A stretch of 64,000 bases of DNA, from positions 320,001 through 384,000 of the forward strand of contig CAVPIW010000006.1 of assembly GCA_963705105.1 (NCBI GenBank), in the 5' to 3' direction. Of this stretch, positions 30,506 through 39,810 are shown one piece after another. A program made the translations under genes and the position numbers. The stretch's first letter is position 1; each line of letters opens with the position of its first letter. Under the pieces are notes generated by a model. The model saw nothing but the letters and a program-made list of their open reading frames with translations, ran no database searches and was not told where the DNA came from. Source of the DNA: an uncultured Nitrospiraceae bacterium. Its GTDB lineage: Bacteria; Nitrospirota; Thermodesulfovibrionia; Thermodesulfovibrionales; Dissulfurispiraceae.

Positions 30506-33009
30506 AGGAAGACCGCTCGGCAAGAGAGACCGCCCTTATTCTCGTCGTCGATGACGACCTCGCCATGCGGCTTCTTGTCAGGGAATCCCTCGAGATAGCC
30601 GGTTTTCAGGTCGAGGACGCCGGTAACGGCCTTGAAGGTCTCGGCATCTTCAGGGAGGTTCAGCCCGACCTCGTCCTCTTGGATGTCATGATGCCCGACA
30701 TGGACGGGTTTCAGGTCAGCAGGACCCTCCGGAGCATTCCCGGCGGCGACAGAATCCCGATTGTCATGATGACGGGGCTCGATGACATAGAATCGATCAA
30801 CAGGGCCTACGAGGCGGGCGCCACCGACTTCATCACGAAGCCTTTCAACTGGCTTGTTCTCGGACACCGTGTCCGGTACATGCTCCGTGCGAGCGCCGCC
30901 TTCAACGAACTGAAGAGGAACGGCGCGAAAACCCGGGCCCTTCTGAACGCCATTCCCGACCGCATCTTCAGGATAGACCGGGAGGGTACTTTTCTCGAAT
31001 TCAAGGGACCTGCGGGCCCGGACCTCCTGATGGCGCCGGATGAATTCATCGGAAGAAACGTGAGGGACGTTTTGCCGCTTGAGACGGGGACACTGATCAT
31101 GGAGGCCATGCAAAGTGCCTTCGGGAGAGGTGACATCCGGACTATCGAGTATCATGTCCCCGCTGCGGGAATCAACCGTTTCTACGAGGCGCGGATCGTC
31201 GTCAGCGGTGAGGACGAGGTCATCGCGATCGTGCGGGATGTGACGGAGCAGAAGGAGGCTGACAAAGCCCTGAAGGAGAGCGAGGAGAGGTACCGGGACC
31301 TTTTTGAAAATGCCAACGACCTCATCCAGAGCGTCTCGCCGGACGGACGCTTCCTCTACGTGAACAAGGCCTGGCGGGACACGCTCGGGTACAGCCCTGA
31401 GGAGTTAGAGAATCTGACCATATTCAATGTCCTGAGTCCCGAGTGCCAGCCTCACTGCGCCGAGGTTTTTCAGCGCGTGATGGCGGGCGAGGATGTGGGA
31501 ATCATCGAAACCGAATTCATGACAAGGGACGGCAAGAGGATCACCATCGAAGGCAGCGTCAACTGTAAGGTCGTCAACGGCACCGTCGTCTCCACAAGAG
31601 GAATATTCCGGAACATCACCGAACGAAAGCAGGCAGAGGAAGAGATCATACGTCTTGCTTATTATGACAGCCTGACGGGCCTGCCGAACCGGCTTCTCTT
31701 TAAAGACCGCCTCAGGCAGTCGATTACGTATGCCCAACGGTACAAGAAGATGCTTGCGACCCTTTTCCTTGACCTTGACCGCTTCAAGAGGATCAACGAC
31801 ACACTCGGGCACAGTATCGGAGACCGTTTGCTTAAGGGTGTCGCAGAACGCCTGTCCCACACCCTGCGCCAGAGTGATTCCGTCGGCAGGGACGGTTCGG
31901 AAGATTTCGGGTCCACAGTGGCAAGACTGGGCGGTGACGAGTTCACGATCCTCCTCATGGAGATCGACAGCGTTCAGGATGTCGCCAAAGTGGCACGGCG
32001 CATCCTCCAGGACATGGCAAAGCCGTTCCACCTCGACGGCAGTGAGGTATTCATCACGACCAGCATCGGCATAACGATTTTTCCTTACGACGGCGGCGAT
32101 GTCGACGCCCTCCTGAAGAATGCCGATATTGCGATGTACCATGCGAAGGACCAGGGGAGGAACAATTTTCAGTTCTACACCCAGTCAATGAATGCGACGG
32201 CCTTCGAGCGCCTCGTGCTCGAAAATAATATCCGCAAAGCTATTGAACGAGATGAGTTCGAGCTCTTCTATCAGCCGCAGATTTCCGTCTCCAACGGGGA
32301 GATCGTCGGCATGGAGGCCCTGATCAGATGGAACCATCCTGAGCTTGGAATGATCTCGCCTGCAGAATTCATTCCCCTTGCGGAGGAATCGGGACTCATC
32401 CTGCCCCTCGGTGAATGGGTGCTGAGGAGGGCCTGCGGGCAGATCAGGCAACTGCACGACCGGGGATTCTCTGACCTGCGCATTTCGGTCAACCTGTCGG
32501 TGCACCAACTGAGGCAACAGGGCCTCGTCAAGACAATCAAGGGCATCGTCGAACAATACTATCTCGACGCGAGGCGTCTCGAATTGGAAATCACTGAGAG
32601 CGCCATCATGAAGAACGCCGAAGCGACCGTCGAGACGCTCATGTCGCTGAAGTCAATGGGTCTGAGGATCTCCATCGATGATTTCGGCACGGGATACTCT
32701 TCACTCAGTTATCTGAAGCGGTTCCCGATCGATACCCTCAAGATCGACCGCTCCTTCATCAAGGACATCCCCAATGACCCCGACAATGCCGCCATTACGC
32801 GGGCGATCATCGCCATGGCTCACAGTCTCAATCTCAAGGTTGTCGCCGAGGGGGTGGAGACGCCGGCTCAATTCGCTTTTCTGAAGAACGAAGGGTGTGA
32901 CGAAATGCAGGGATTCCTGCTGTGCAGACCTCTGCCGTTCCAGAAAATCGGGGAGCTTTTGACCGAAAAGAGGGTTTTTACCACGGCCAACGTCAGCGCA
33001 GGGAATTGA
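30502..33009 (+). CDS. REC-PAS-PAS-GGDEF-EAL c-di-GMP enzyme
   Basis: LDVMMP receiver; two [40 protein letters not shown]. Confidence 0.95.
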   Translation: MKEDRSARETALILVVDDDLAMRLLVRESLEIAGFQVEDAGNGLEGLGIFREVQPDLVLLDVMMPDMDGFQVSRTLRSIPGGDRIPIVMMTGLDDIESINRAYEAGATDFITKPFNWLVLGHRVRYMLRASAAFNELKRNGAKTRALLNAIPDRIFRIDREGTFLEFKGPAGPDLLMAPDEFIGRNVRDVLPLETGTLIMEAMQSAFGRGDIRTIEYHVPAAGINRFYEARIVVSGEDEVIAIVRDVTEQKEADKALKESEERYRDLFENANDLIQSVSPDGRFLYVNKAWRDTLGYSPEELENLTIFNVLSPECQPHCAEVFQRVMAGEDVGIIETEFMTRDGKRITIEGSVNCKVVNGTVVSTRGIFRNITERKQAEEEIIRLAYYDSLTGLPNRLLFKDRLRQSITYAQRYKKMLATLFLDLDRFKRINDTLGHSIGDRLLKGVAERLSHTLRQSDSVGRDGSEDFGSTVARLGGDEFTILLMEIDSVQDVAKVARRILQDMAKPFHLDGSEVFITTSIGITIFPYDGGDVDALLKNADIAMYHAKDQGRNNFQFYTQSMNATAFERLVLENNIRKAIERDEFELFYQPQISVSNGEIVGMEALIRWNHPELGMISPAEFIPLAEESGLILPLGEWVLRRACGQIRQLHDRGFSDLRISVNLSVHQLRQQGLVKTIKGIVEQYYLDARRLELEITESAIMKNAEATVETLMSLKSMGLRISIDDFGTGYSSLSYLKRFPIDTLKIDRSFIKDIPNDPDNAAITRAIIAMAHSLNLKVVAEGVETPAQFAFLKNEGCDEMQGFLLCRPLPFQKIGELLTEKRVFTTANVSAGN

Positions 33010-33172
33010 TCAGGCATCGCCATTCTTCCTCCGGTCGTTTCGTCTGACAGCCTCCGGGCCGCCCTGTTCCCGCTTTCTCCCGCGATCCTCAACAGTACAC
33101 TGCCGGTCTTCCTCATGTCATTGCGTCAGTAGTGTACAATTTACCAACAAAAGACCGTCCATTCCCTTCATC

Positions 33173-33264
33173 TGTCACTCCCCCGGCGAGTGCGTCGGGA
33201 ATCCTTCTGAAAGAACGATTCCGGACTGATTCTCGGCTGTGCGAGGACAGGAGCCACAATGACA
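33173..33264. repeat. Palindromic element family B, degenerate copy
   Basis: TGTCA...GCGTCGGGAATCCTTCTGAAA..GATTCCGGAC...ATGACA shared with 11283-11375. Confidence 0.65.
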
Positions 33265-33288
33265 AATATAATGCAACTTTGTGAGTTT

Positions 33289-33502
33289 ACCCCGTAGTTG
33301 TATAAAAAGGCGGGGCGAAGCGCCTCAAAGCCTTGCTGAAGGCGACGATACGCCTCGTCAGTTTCGTGTTTCAGGATTCCACTCTTTGTGTCATCGACCA
33401 TTCGCGTATAGTTCATCTCTCGTTTTGATACAGGTGTCGCCGCAGCAAGGTTTTCGGCGCATACACCCCGCCTTTGCCGGGAGTATATTGCAACGATAAA
33501 GT
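33289..33502 (-). repeat. Long-hairpin repeat family A, subtype I (reverse orientation)
   Basis: Reverse complement aligns end to end with 22567-22779, including loop ATGGTCGATGACACAAAGAGTGGA.TCCTGAAACACGAA. Confidence 0.92.
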
Positions 33503-33519
33503 TTATAAACAGATTCTAA

Positions 33520-33544
33520 ATAGTTGACAGAAATGGTAGGGTAT
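33520..33544. promoter_or_regulatory. IscR type-1-like operator upstream of iscR
   Basis: ATAGTTGACAGAAATGGTAGGGTAT, 22/25 to ATASYYGACTRWWWYAGTCRRSTAT; covers TTGACA. Confidence 0.75.
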
Positions 33545-33560
33545 TTTGTATCATTACAGA

Positions 33561-33980
33561 ATGCTCAGGTTGCCGACAAAAGGACAATACGGGGTGAGGG
33601 CCATGTTCGAGATCGCCAGCGGCTACCCGGATCAGCCGATCAGTATCAGGCAAATATCGGAAAGACAAGATGTTTCCGTTGCATATTTAGAGCAGATCCT
33701 CAACAAACTGAGGAAGGCTGGACTGATCAGGAGTGTGAAAGGACCGGGAGGGGGATATCTGCTGAACAGAAAACCGGAAGAGATAAGCATCGCCTCCATC
33801 CTCAACGAGCTCGAAGGGCCCGTCGCGATCACGTCATGTCTTGACCCCTCGGAAGGGTGCGTCAGGGTCGACACATGCGTCACTCACCTGCTCTGGAAGG
33901 CCCTTGGTGAACAGATCGAAGCCTTTCTCAGGACAATTTCCCTGAGGGACCTTGTGTCAGGGAATTTCTTACGGTCTTAA
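33561..33980 (+). CDS. iscR: Rrf2-family Fe-S regulator (IscR-like)
   Basis: TKGQYGVRAM, YLEQIL, SVKGPGGGY; Cys-x6-Cys-x5-Cys-x2-His ligands; upstream of iscSU. Confidence 0.8.
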   Translation: MLRLPTKGQYGVRAMFEIASGYPDQPISIRQISERQDVSVAYLEQILNKLRKAGLIRSVKGPGGGYLLNRKPEEISIASILNELEGPVAITSCLDPSEGCVRVDTCVTHLLWKALGEQIEAFLRTISLRDLVSGNFLRS

Positions 33981-34003
33981 AGTTGACAAAAATGATCAAG
34001 TAT
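33979..34003. promoter_or_regulatory. Second IscR type-1-like operator upstream of tusA-iscS-iscU
   Basis: AAAGTTGACAAAAATGATCAAGTAT, 21/25 to consensus; covers TTGACA. Confidence 0.7.
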
Positions 34004-34018
34004 TTTTAACCTGATACT

Positions 34019-34276
34019 ATGAAATTCGTTCATGATGTGAAGGCTGATGTCACGGCGGACATTGTGTATATGATGTGTCCCATGCATCTGCTCAAGCTCG
34101 ATGAGATGATCAGGATCCTCGAAAAGGGACAGATCCTCGAAATTCTGACGGACTACGACGGCGCGCTTGAAGACATTCCCGGATGGTGCAGAAAGACGGG
34201 GAACGAATTCATCGGCATCGATGAGGATGAGGATTTTTACAAGTTTTACGTAAGAAAAACCGTTGATCACGCCTGA
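34019..34276 (+). CDS. TusA-family sulfur carrier
   Basis: MCPMH (variant of CPxP), GQILEILTD, DIPGWCRKTGNE. Confidence 0.85.
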   Translation: MKFVHDVKADVTADIVYMMCPMHLLKLDEMIRILEKGQILEILTDYDGALEDIPGWCRKTGNEFIGIDEDEDFYKFYVRKTVDHA

Positions 34277-34294
34277 GTTCAGAGAGGAGACACC

Positions 34295-35494
34295 ATGATA
34301 AAGAGCTATTTTGACAATGTGGCCGCAAACCCGCTCCATCCCGATGTGCTTGACGCAATGATGCCCTATTTCAGGGAGGAGTTCGGCAATCCGCTCAGCG
34401 TGTATGATCTCGGCATCAGGGCCCGCGAAGCCATCGAGGTCGCGAGAAACGAGGTCGCCGCGCTTATCAATGCGAAGCCGTCGTCTGTCGTCTTTACGGC
34501 GAGCGGAGCGGAATCGAACAATTTCGCCCTTCGGGGAATAGCTCAGGCGAAGCAGGGACAGGGCAAGCACCTGATCGTCTCAAAGGTCGAACATCACTCT
34601 ATACTCAACACGGCACGGTCCCTGGAAAAAAGCGGCTTCGTCGTTACATGGCTGCCCGTTGACAAACACGGATCCGTCGATCCGGAGACCGTAAAGAAAT
34701 CAATCTTAAAGGAGACAATCCTTATCTCCATAACCCATGCCAGCAGCGAGATCGGGACCATCGAACCGCTGAAGGAGATCGCGAAAATAGCGAAGGAGCA
34801 CAAGGTTGTCCTCCATGCCGACGGTGTCGCCACGACGGGCAACATTCCCGTCGATGTCAAGGAACTGGGCGTTGATCTTTACAGCATGGCGGCGCACCAG
34901 TTTCAGGGACCCAAGGGCGCCGGCGCGCTCTATGTCCGCGAAGGAATGAGGATCGTCCCGCTCGTGTACGGAGGGATACAGGAAGGCGGACGTCGGGCCG
35001 GGACGGAGAATGTGCCGGCCATCGTCGGCATGGGCAAGGCCGCGGAGATCACGAGGAAGACGCTGAAGGACAAAATAGCACATTGCAAAGGGCTTCGTGA
35101 CAGGGTCATCGAAGGTGTGCTGAAGATGCCGAATGTGTATCTGACCGGTCATCCCGAGAGGAGATTGCCGCACCACGCGAGTTTCGTCGTTGAGTTTATC
35201 GAAGGCGAGGCCATGCTCCTGATGCTTTCGATGAAGGGCATCTATTCGGCAAGCGGGTCGGCGTGCTCGTCCCGGGCGCTCAAGTCATCGCCGGTCCTCC
35301 TCTCCCTCGGTGTCCCGACGGCCCTTGCCCAGGGATCGGTCGTCTTCAGTTTCGGCATGGAAAACACCGACGAAGAGGTCGACTATTTCCTCACGGAATT
35401 CCCCGGTATCGTTCAGCGCCTGCGGGAGATGTCGCCCTTTGCGAAAGGGTGGGGAGAAGGCGGCGAAGGGGAAAAATGCTACGTAGGAGGTTGA
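34295..35494 (+). CDS. iscS: Cysteine desulfurase (NifS/IscS)
   Basis: YFDN, FGNP, QEGGRRAGTENVP, SGSACSS; the usual PLP Lys motif (SxHK) reads AAHQ here. Confidence 0.88.
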   Translation: MIKSYFDNVAANPLHPDVLDAMMPYFREEFGNPLSVYDLGIRAREAIEVARNEVAALINAKPSSVVFTASGAESNNFALRGIAQAKQGQGKHLIVSKVEHHSILNTARSLEKSGFVVTWLPVDKHGSVDPETVKKSILKETILISITHASSEIGTIEPLKEIAKIAKEHKVVLHADGVATTGNIPVDVKELGVDLYSMAAHQFQGPKGAGALYVREGMRIVPLVYGGIQEGGRRAGTENVPAIVGMGKAAEITRKTLKDKIAHCKGLRDRVIEGVLKMPNVYLTGHPERRLPHHASFVVEFIEGEAMLLMLSMKGIYSASGSACSSRALKSSPVLLSLGVPTALAQGSVVFSFGMENTDEEVDYFLTEFPGIVQRLREMSPFAKGWGEGGEGEKCYVGG

Positions 35495-35495
35495 T

Positions 35496-35867
35496 ATGTA
35501 TTCGCCAAAAGTGATGGACCATTTCATGAATCCCCGGAACGTGGGTGAGATCGCCGACGCCGACGGAGTCGGCATGGAAGGTAACCCGACCTGCGGGGAT
35601 GCGATGCAGATTTTCATAAAAGTCGAGGATGACCGTATCGTCGACGCAAAGTTCAGGACCTTCGGCTGCGGGGCTGCTATAGCCGTCAGCAGCATGGTGA
35701 CGGAGATGGTCAAGGGCAAGACCATCGATGAGGCCCTGAACATATCGAAGGAAGCTGTCGCAGCGGCCCTTGACGGGCTGCCGGCCCAGAAAATGCACTG
35801 CTCGAACCTCGGGGCGGATGCGTTACGGAAGGCAATTGAGGATTACCGCAACAAGAAACGGTCCTGA
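35496..35867 (+). CDS. iscU: Fe-S scaffold IscU/NifU N-domain
   Basis: YSPKVMDHFMNPRNVG, NPTCGD, TFGCG, LPAQKMHCSNL. Confidence 0.93.
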   Translation: MYSPKVMDHFMNPRNVGEIADADGVGMEGNPTCGDAMQIFIKVEDDRIVDAKFRTFGCGAAIAVSSMVTEMVKGKTIDEALNISKEAVAAALDGLPAQKMHCSNLGADALRKAIEDYRNKKRS

Positions 35868-35869
35868 CG

Positions 35870-36814
35870 ATGTCGCCGACGCTTCTCCTGGCAGATGACA
35901 GCCTGACGATCCACAAGGTGGTCGAACTCGTGCTCGCCCCGGAGCGGTTCGACATCCGTGCCGCGTATGACGGAGACGAGGCGCTCCGGTTGATAGAGAT
36001 GATGAAGCCCGACATCATTCTGGCGGACGTGGAGATGCCGAAACTGAACGGGTACCAGCTCTGCGAGAAGATAAAGGGAGACCCCGCGACGGCGCGTATC
36101 CCCGTCATACTCCTGGCCGGCGCCTTTGAACCCTTCAGTGAAGAGCAGGCGAGGCGGTACGGCGCCGACGACTTCATCATCAAGCCCTTTGAGGCCCAGG
36201 AGTTGACGAGTAAGGTCAAGGCCCTTCTCATGGAGAGGGAAGAAGATGCAGGGTACGAACCTGAAGAACCCGGAGAGGAACAGGAGCCTTTGTCGCTCGC
36301 TACTGCCGGTGAACCTCCTGTTTCTCCGGAAGAGTTATCCATGCAGGAGGACCTTGCCTCCTTTGCTGAAGCCGCGACCGAACCGGAGAGGCCCGGAGAG
36401 ACGCACCTGCGGGAATCGACTTTGGAAACTCGGGACATGAGGGGCTTTGAGGAGATCCTCGCCGAAACGATGGAGAGGGAATCGCCGGAAAAGGTCGTCA
36501 CCCCCTTCGAGGCTGAAGAGGTGCGGCCGGAGCAGGCCGGGGAGCCGTCCGTCAGGGCCGTCGTCGGGGAAAGAACGATGCAGTACCTGGAGGAGCGCCT
36601 GCTCCCCGAGGTCACTGACGCTGTGCGTGACGCTGTCAGCCGTGCCATGGAAGAGATCATGCCTTCTCTTCTTGAGAATGTCGCCCGTGATGTGGTACAA
36701 AAGGTACTCGCCTCGGCGCTCGAAAAGGTCGATGCCGCCATAGACCGGATCGTGCCCGAAGTAGCGGAAACCGTCATCAGGCGGGAGATCGAAAAAATCA
36801 CCTCCGAACTCTGA
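35870..36814 (+). CDS. Response regulator, RomR-like (REC + acidic linker + C-terminal helix)
   Basis: LLADDSLTIHKVV, LLAGAFEPF; C-terminal IVPEVAETVIRREIEKI; directly upstream of valS. Confidence 0.75.
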   Translation: MSPTLLLADDSLTIHKVVELVLAPERFDIRAAYDGDEALRLIEMMKPDIILADVEMPKLNGYQLCEKIKGDPATARIPVILLAGAFEPFSEEQARRYGADDFIIKPFEAQELTSKVKALLMEREEDAGYEPEEPGEEQEPLSLATAGEPPVSPEELSMQEDLASFAEAATEPERPGETHLRESTLETRDMRGFEEILAETMERESPEKVVTPFEAEEVRPEQAGEPSVRAVVGERTMQYLEERLLPEVTDAVRDAVSRAMEEIMPSLLENVARDVVQKVLASALEKVDAAIDRIVPEVAETVIRREIEKITSEL

Positions 36815-36886
36815 AACCGGGGTGCCGTCATGATGCATCCCGTCGCCGTTCGAAAATCCTGAAATGGAGACAATAACCGTTCTCAT

Positions 36887-39703
36887 ATGAGTGACCTCAG
36901 CAAGAACTACCATCCCGAAGAGATAGAGGACAAATGGTACGCACTCTGGGAAGAGAAGGGATATTTCAAGCCCACTCCCCGGACAGACCGAGACCCTTTC
37001 TGCATCGTCATCCCGCCTCCAAACGTCACGGGCTCCCTCCACATGGGGCATGCCCTGAATGCGACGATCCAGGACATACTGAGCCGCTGGATGAGGATGC
37101 GCGGTCATCCCGTGCTCTGGCTCCCGGGCACCGACCATGCCGGTATTGCCACACAGAATGTGGTGGAACGGAAGGTCGCCGAGGAAGGCCTGGACAGGCA
37201 GCAGCTCGGGAGGAAAGCCTTTATCCAGCGGGTGTGGCAATGGAAGGCGGAGTACGGCGGCAGGATCATCCGCCAGCTCAGGAAGCTCGGCGCGTCCTGC
37301 GACTGGTCGCGGGAGCGCTTCACCCTCGACGAAGGGCTGTCAGGGGCTGTCAGGGAGGTTTTCGTCAGGCTCTTCGAGGAAGGACTTATCTACCGGGACA
37401 ACAGACTTATCAACTGGTGTCCCCGATGCCATACAGCCCTCTCGGACCTTGAAGTGGAATACGAGGAGATGGAGGGTAAGCTCTATACGATAAGGTACCC
37501 GGTGCACGACGGGGACTGGTACGTCGCCGTGGCGACGACGAGGCCGGAGACGATGCTCGGGGATACAGGCGTCGCCGTCCATCCCGAAGACGGCAGGTAC
37601 GAAGGCATGGTCGGCGGTTCCGTCGAGCTGCCGCTGACGGGCAGGAGCATCCCCGTTGTCGCCGACGACGATGTGGACCCCTCCTTCGGTACCGGGGCCG
37701 TCAAGGTGACACCGGCCCACGACTTCAACGACGAAATGATCGGGAAGCGGCACCACCTTCCCTCGATCACGGTCATCGGTGAGGACGGCCGGATGAAGCC
37801 CGACGCCGGTGAGCGGTATGCGGGCCTCGACCGGTATGAATGCAGAAAGAGGGTCGTTGAAGACCTCCGGACCCTGGGACTGCTTGAGGCCGAAAAGAAG
37901 CACGCCCATGCCGTGGGCCACTGTTACCGGTGCAAAACGATCATCGAACCCCTCCAGACGATCCAGTGGTATGTCCGGGTACAGTCCCTCGCCTCCGAGG
38001 CCGTCAGGGCCGTCGAGGACGAGAGGATCAGGATCGTGCCTTCCTCCTGGGAAAACAATTACTTTGCCTGGATGAAGGATATCAGGGACTGGTGCATCTC
38101 GCGTCAGATCTGGTGGGGCCACCAGATCCCCGTCTGGTACTGCCCGGAATGTGCCGACGCACAGGGAAGGCCGGCCTCCGAAAGCATCAGTATAACCTTC
38201 TTTAAACCCCTCCGGATCGCCGGCGGACACGACATCTCCGGGGGCACGTACGGAGAGTTGACAAGGCTGGGAATCGGTCACGACGAGATCGTGAGGGACG
38301 CCAGATTTATCAGGGTTTCAAAGGACGTGACGCCCCTCTGCAGCCGTGAGGACCTTGTTTCCTGTCCTGTCTGCGGCAGCAGTCGCATCATCCGGGACCC
38401 CGATGTGCTCGACACGTGGTTTTCATCGGCCCTCTGGCCGTTCTCGACCCTCGGGTGGCCCGAGGAGACGGAGGATCTCCGGTCCTTCTATCCCACGAGC
38501 GTCCTTGTGACCGGGTTCGACATCCTCTTCTTCTGGGTAGCCCGGATGATCATGATGGGCCTCAAGTTCATGGGAGATGTCCCGTTCCGGCACGTTTACA
38601 TCCATGCCCTTGTGAGGGATGCGAAGGGGCACAAGATGAGCAAGTCGAAAGGCAATGTCGTCGACCCCCTTATTATGATCGACAAATACGGGGCCGACGC
38701 CTTCCGCTTCTCCCTTGCCGCTTTTGCCGCCCAGGGACGGGATATCAGGTTTTCTGAGGATCGCGTCGAGGGATACCGTTTCTTCATCAACAAGCTCTGG
38801 AATGCCACACGTTTCGTACTGAGTTACGGGCATCTGAGGTCGGGTGGTCAAAATGACGATACTGCAGCCGTTTCCGATCTGCCGAGCCTCTGGATACTGA
38901 GCAGGCTGTCTGCCACGGCCGAGGCCGTGAACAGGCACCTCGGGGAGTACCGTTTTAACGAGGCGGCAGGAAGCATCTACCAGTTCATCTGGCACGAGTT
39001 CTGCGACTGGTATATCGAGATAACGAAGCCGCTTCTATACAGTCAGGAGGCCGATAAAACCTTTGTTGTCGATTGTCTCTTCTCGGTCCTCGAACAGGTG
39101 CTCGTCCTGCTCCATCCCTTCATGCCCTTCGTCACCGAGGAGATCTACCAGATCGTGAACGGGCAGGGGAGAAGCATCATGACGGCGCCCTTTCCGGGGG
39201 ACCTGCCGCGATACCCTGAGGCCGAGCGGAGGATGAACGCCGTCATCGAGGCTGTCTCGGGTATCAGGAGCATACGGGGTGAGCTGAACATTCCTCCCGC
39301 CGTCGAGATCAGTGCCGACATCAGGGCGCTCTCGAAGGACATCGAGGAGGTCTTGAGGGAGAACATCGTGCCCATGATGAAGCTCACCCGTTCCTCGAAG
39401 ATCGAGATAGGCAGGGAAGTTGCGAAGGAGAAGGGGTCGGCGGTATCCGTAAAGGACGGGATGGAGATCTATGTCCCCATCAGGGGGCTCCTCAATGTGG
39501 ATGCGGAGATCAGCCGGCTTGTCAAGGAGAGGACGAAGATCGACGATGCCCTCGCACTCATCAACCGCAAGCTCTTCAATGAGGATTTTCTCAATCATGC
39601 CCCGAAAGATGTGGTGCAGAAGGAGCGGGGCCGCTGTGACGAACTTCACAGGAAGAAGCAGAAGATCGAGGAGAACCTGGAGCTTCTGAAGACCGTGGAG
39701 TAG
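36887..39703 (+). CDS. valS: Valine--tRNA ligase
   Basis: PPPNVTGSLHMGHA, DWCISRQIWWGH, DVLDTWFSS, KMSKS, C-terminal coiled coil. Confidence 0.99.
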   Translation: MSDLSKNYHPEEIEDKWYALWEEKGYFKPTPRTDRDPFCIVIPPPNVTGSLHMGHALNATIQDILSRWMRMRGHPVLWLPGTDHAGIATQNVVERKVAEEGLDRQQLGRKAFIQRVWQWKAEYGGRIIRQLRKLGASCDWSRERFTLDEGLSGAVREVFVRLFEEGLIYRDNRLINWCPRCHTALSDLEVEYEEMEGKLYTIRYPVHDGDWYVAVATTRPETMLGDTGVAVHPEDGRYEGMVGGSVELPLTGRSIPVVADDDVDPSFGTGAVKVTPAHDFNDEMIGKRHHLPSITVIGEDGRMKPDAGERYAGLDRYECRKRVVEDLRTLGLLEAEKKHAHAVGHCYRCKTIIEPLQTIQWYVRVQSLASEAVRAVEDERIRIVPSSWENNYFAWMKDIRDWCISRQIWWGHQIPVWYCPECADAQGRPASESISITFFKPLRIAGGHDISGGTYGELTRLGIGHDEIVRDARFIRVSKDVTPLCSREDLVSCPVCGSSRIIRDPDVLDTWFSSALWPFSTLGWPEETEDLRSFYPTSVLVTGFDILFFWVARMIMMGLKFMGDVPFRHVYIHALVRDAKGHKMSKSKGNVVDPLIMIDKYGADAFRFSLAAFAAQGRDIRFSEDRVEGYRFFINKLWNATRFVLSYGHLRSGGQNDDTAAVSDLPSLWILSRLSATAEAVNRHLGEYRFNEAAGSIYQFIWHEFCDWYIEITKPLLYSQEADKTFVVDCLFSVLEQVLVLLHPFMPFVTEEIYQIVNGQGRSIMTAPFPGDLPRYPEAERRMNAVIEAVSGIRSIRGELNIPPAVEISADIRALSKDIEEVLRENIVPMMKLTRSSKIEIGREVAKEKGSAVSVKDGMEIYVPIRGLLNVDAEISRLVKERTKIDDALALINRKLFNEDFLNHAPKDVVQKERGRCDELHRKKQKIEENLELLKTVE

Positions 39704-39810
39704 AGCCTGGAAAGGGAAAGGGGGTTCCCGGGGCATGGTTTGCCCGGGAACGGTCCGGCAGGATATGCAGCGCCGGATCAGATCGGCGCCATGAAAGGAA
39801 AGGGGATCGG

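Noticed and set aside
22560..33499. Small similar ORFs (22560-22787, 33168-33416, 33281-33499; also 18631, 42172, 48655, 57380) as a peptide or toxin family
   Set aside because: Their similarity comes from the DNA repeat; frames, starts and stops are not conserved between copies.
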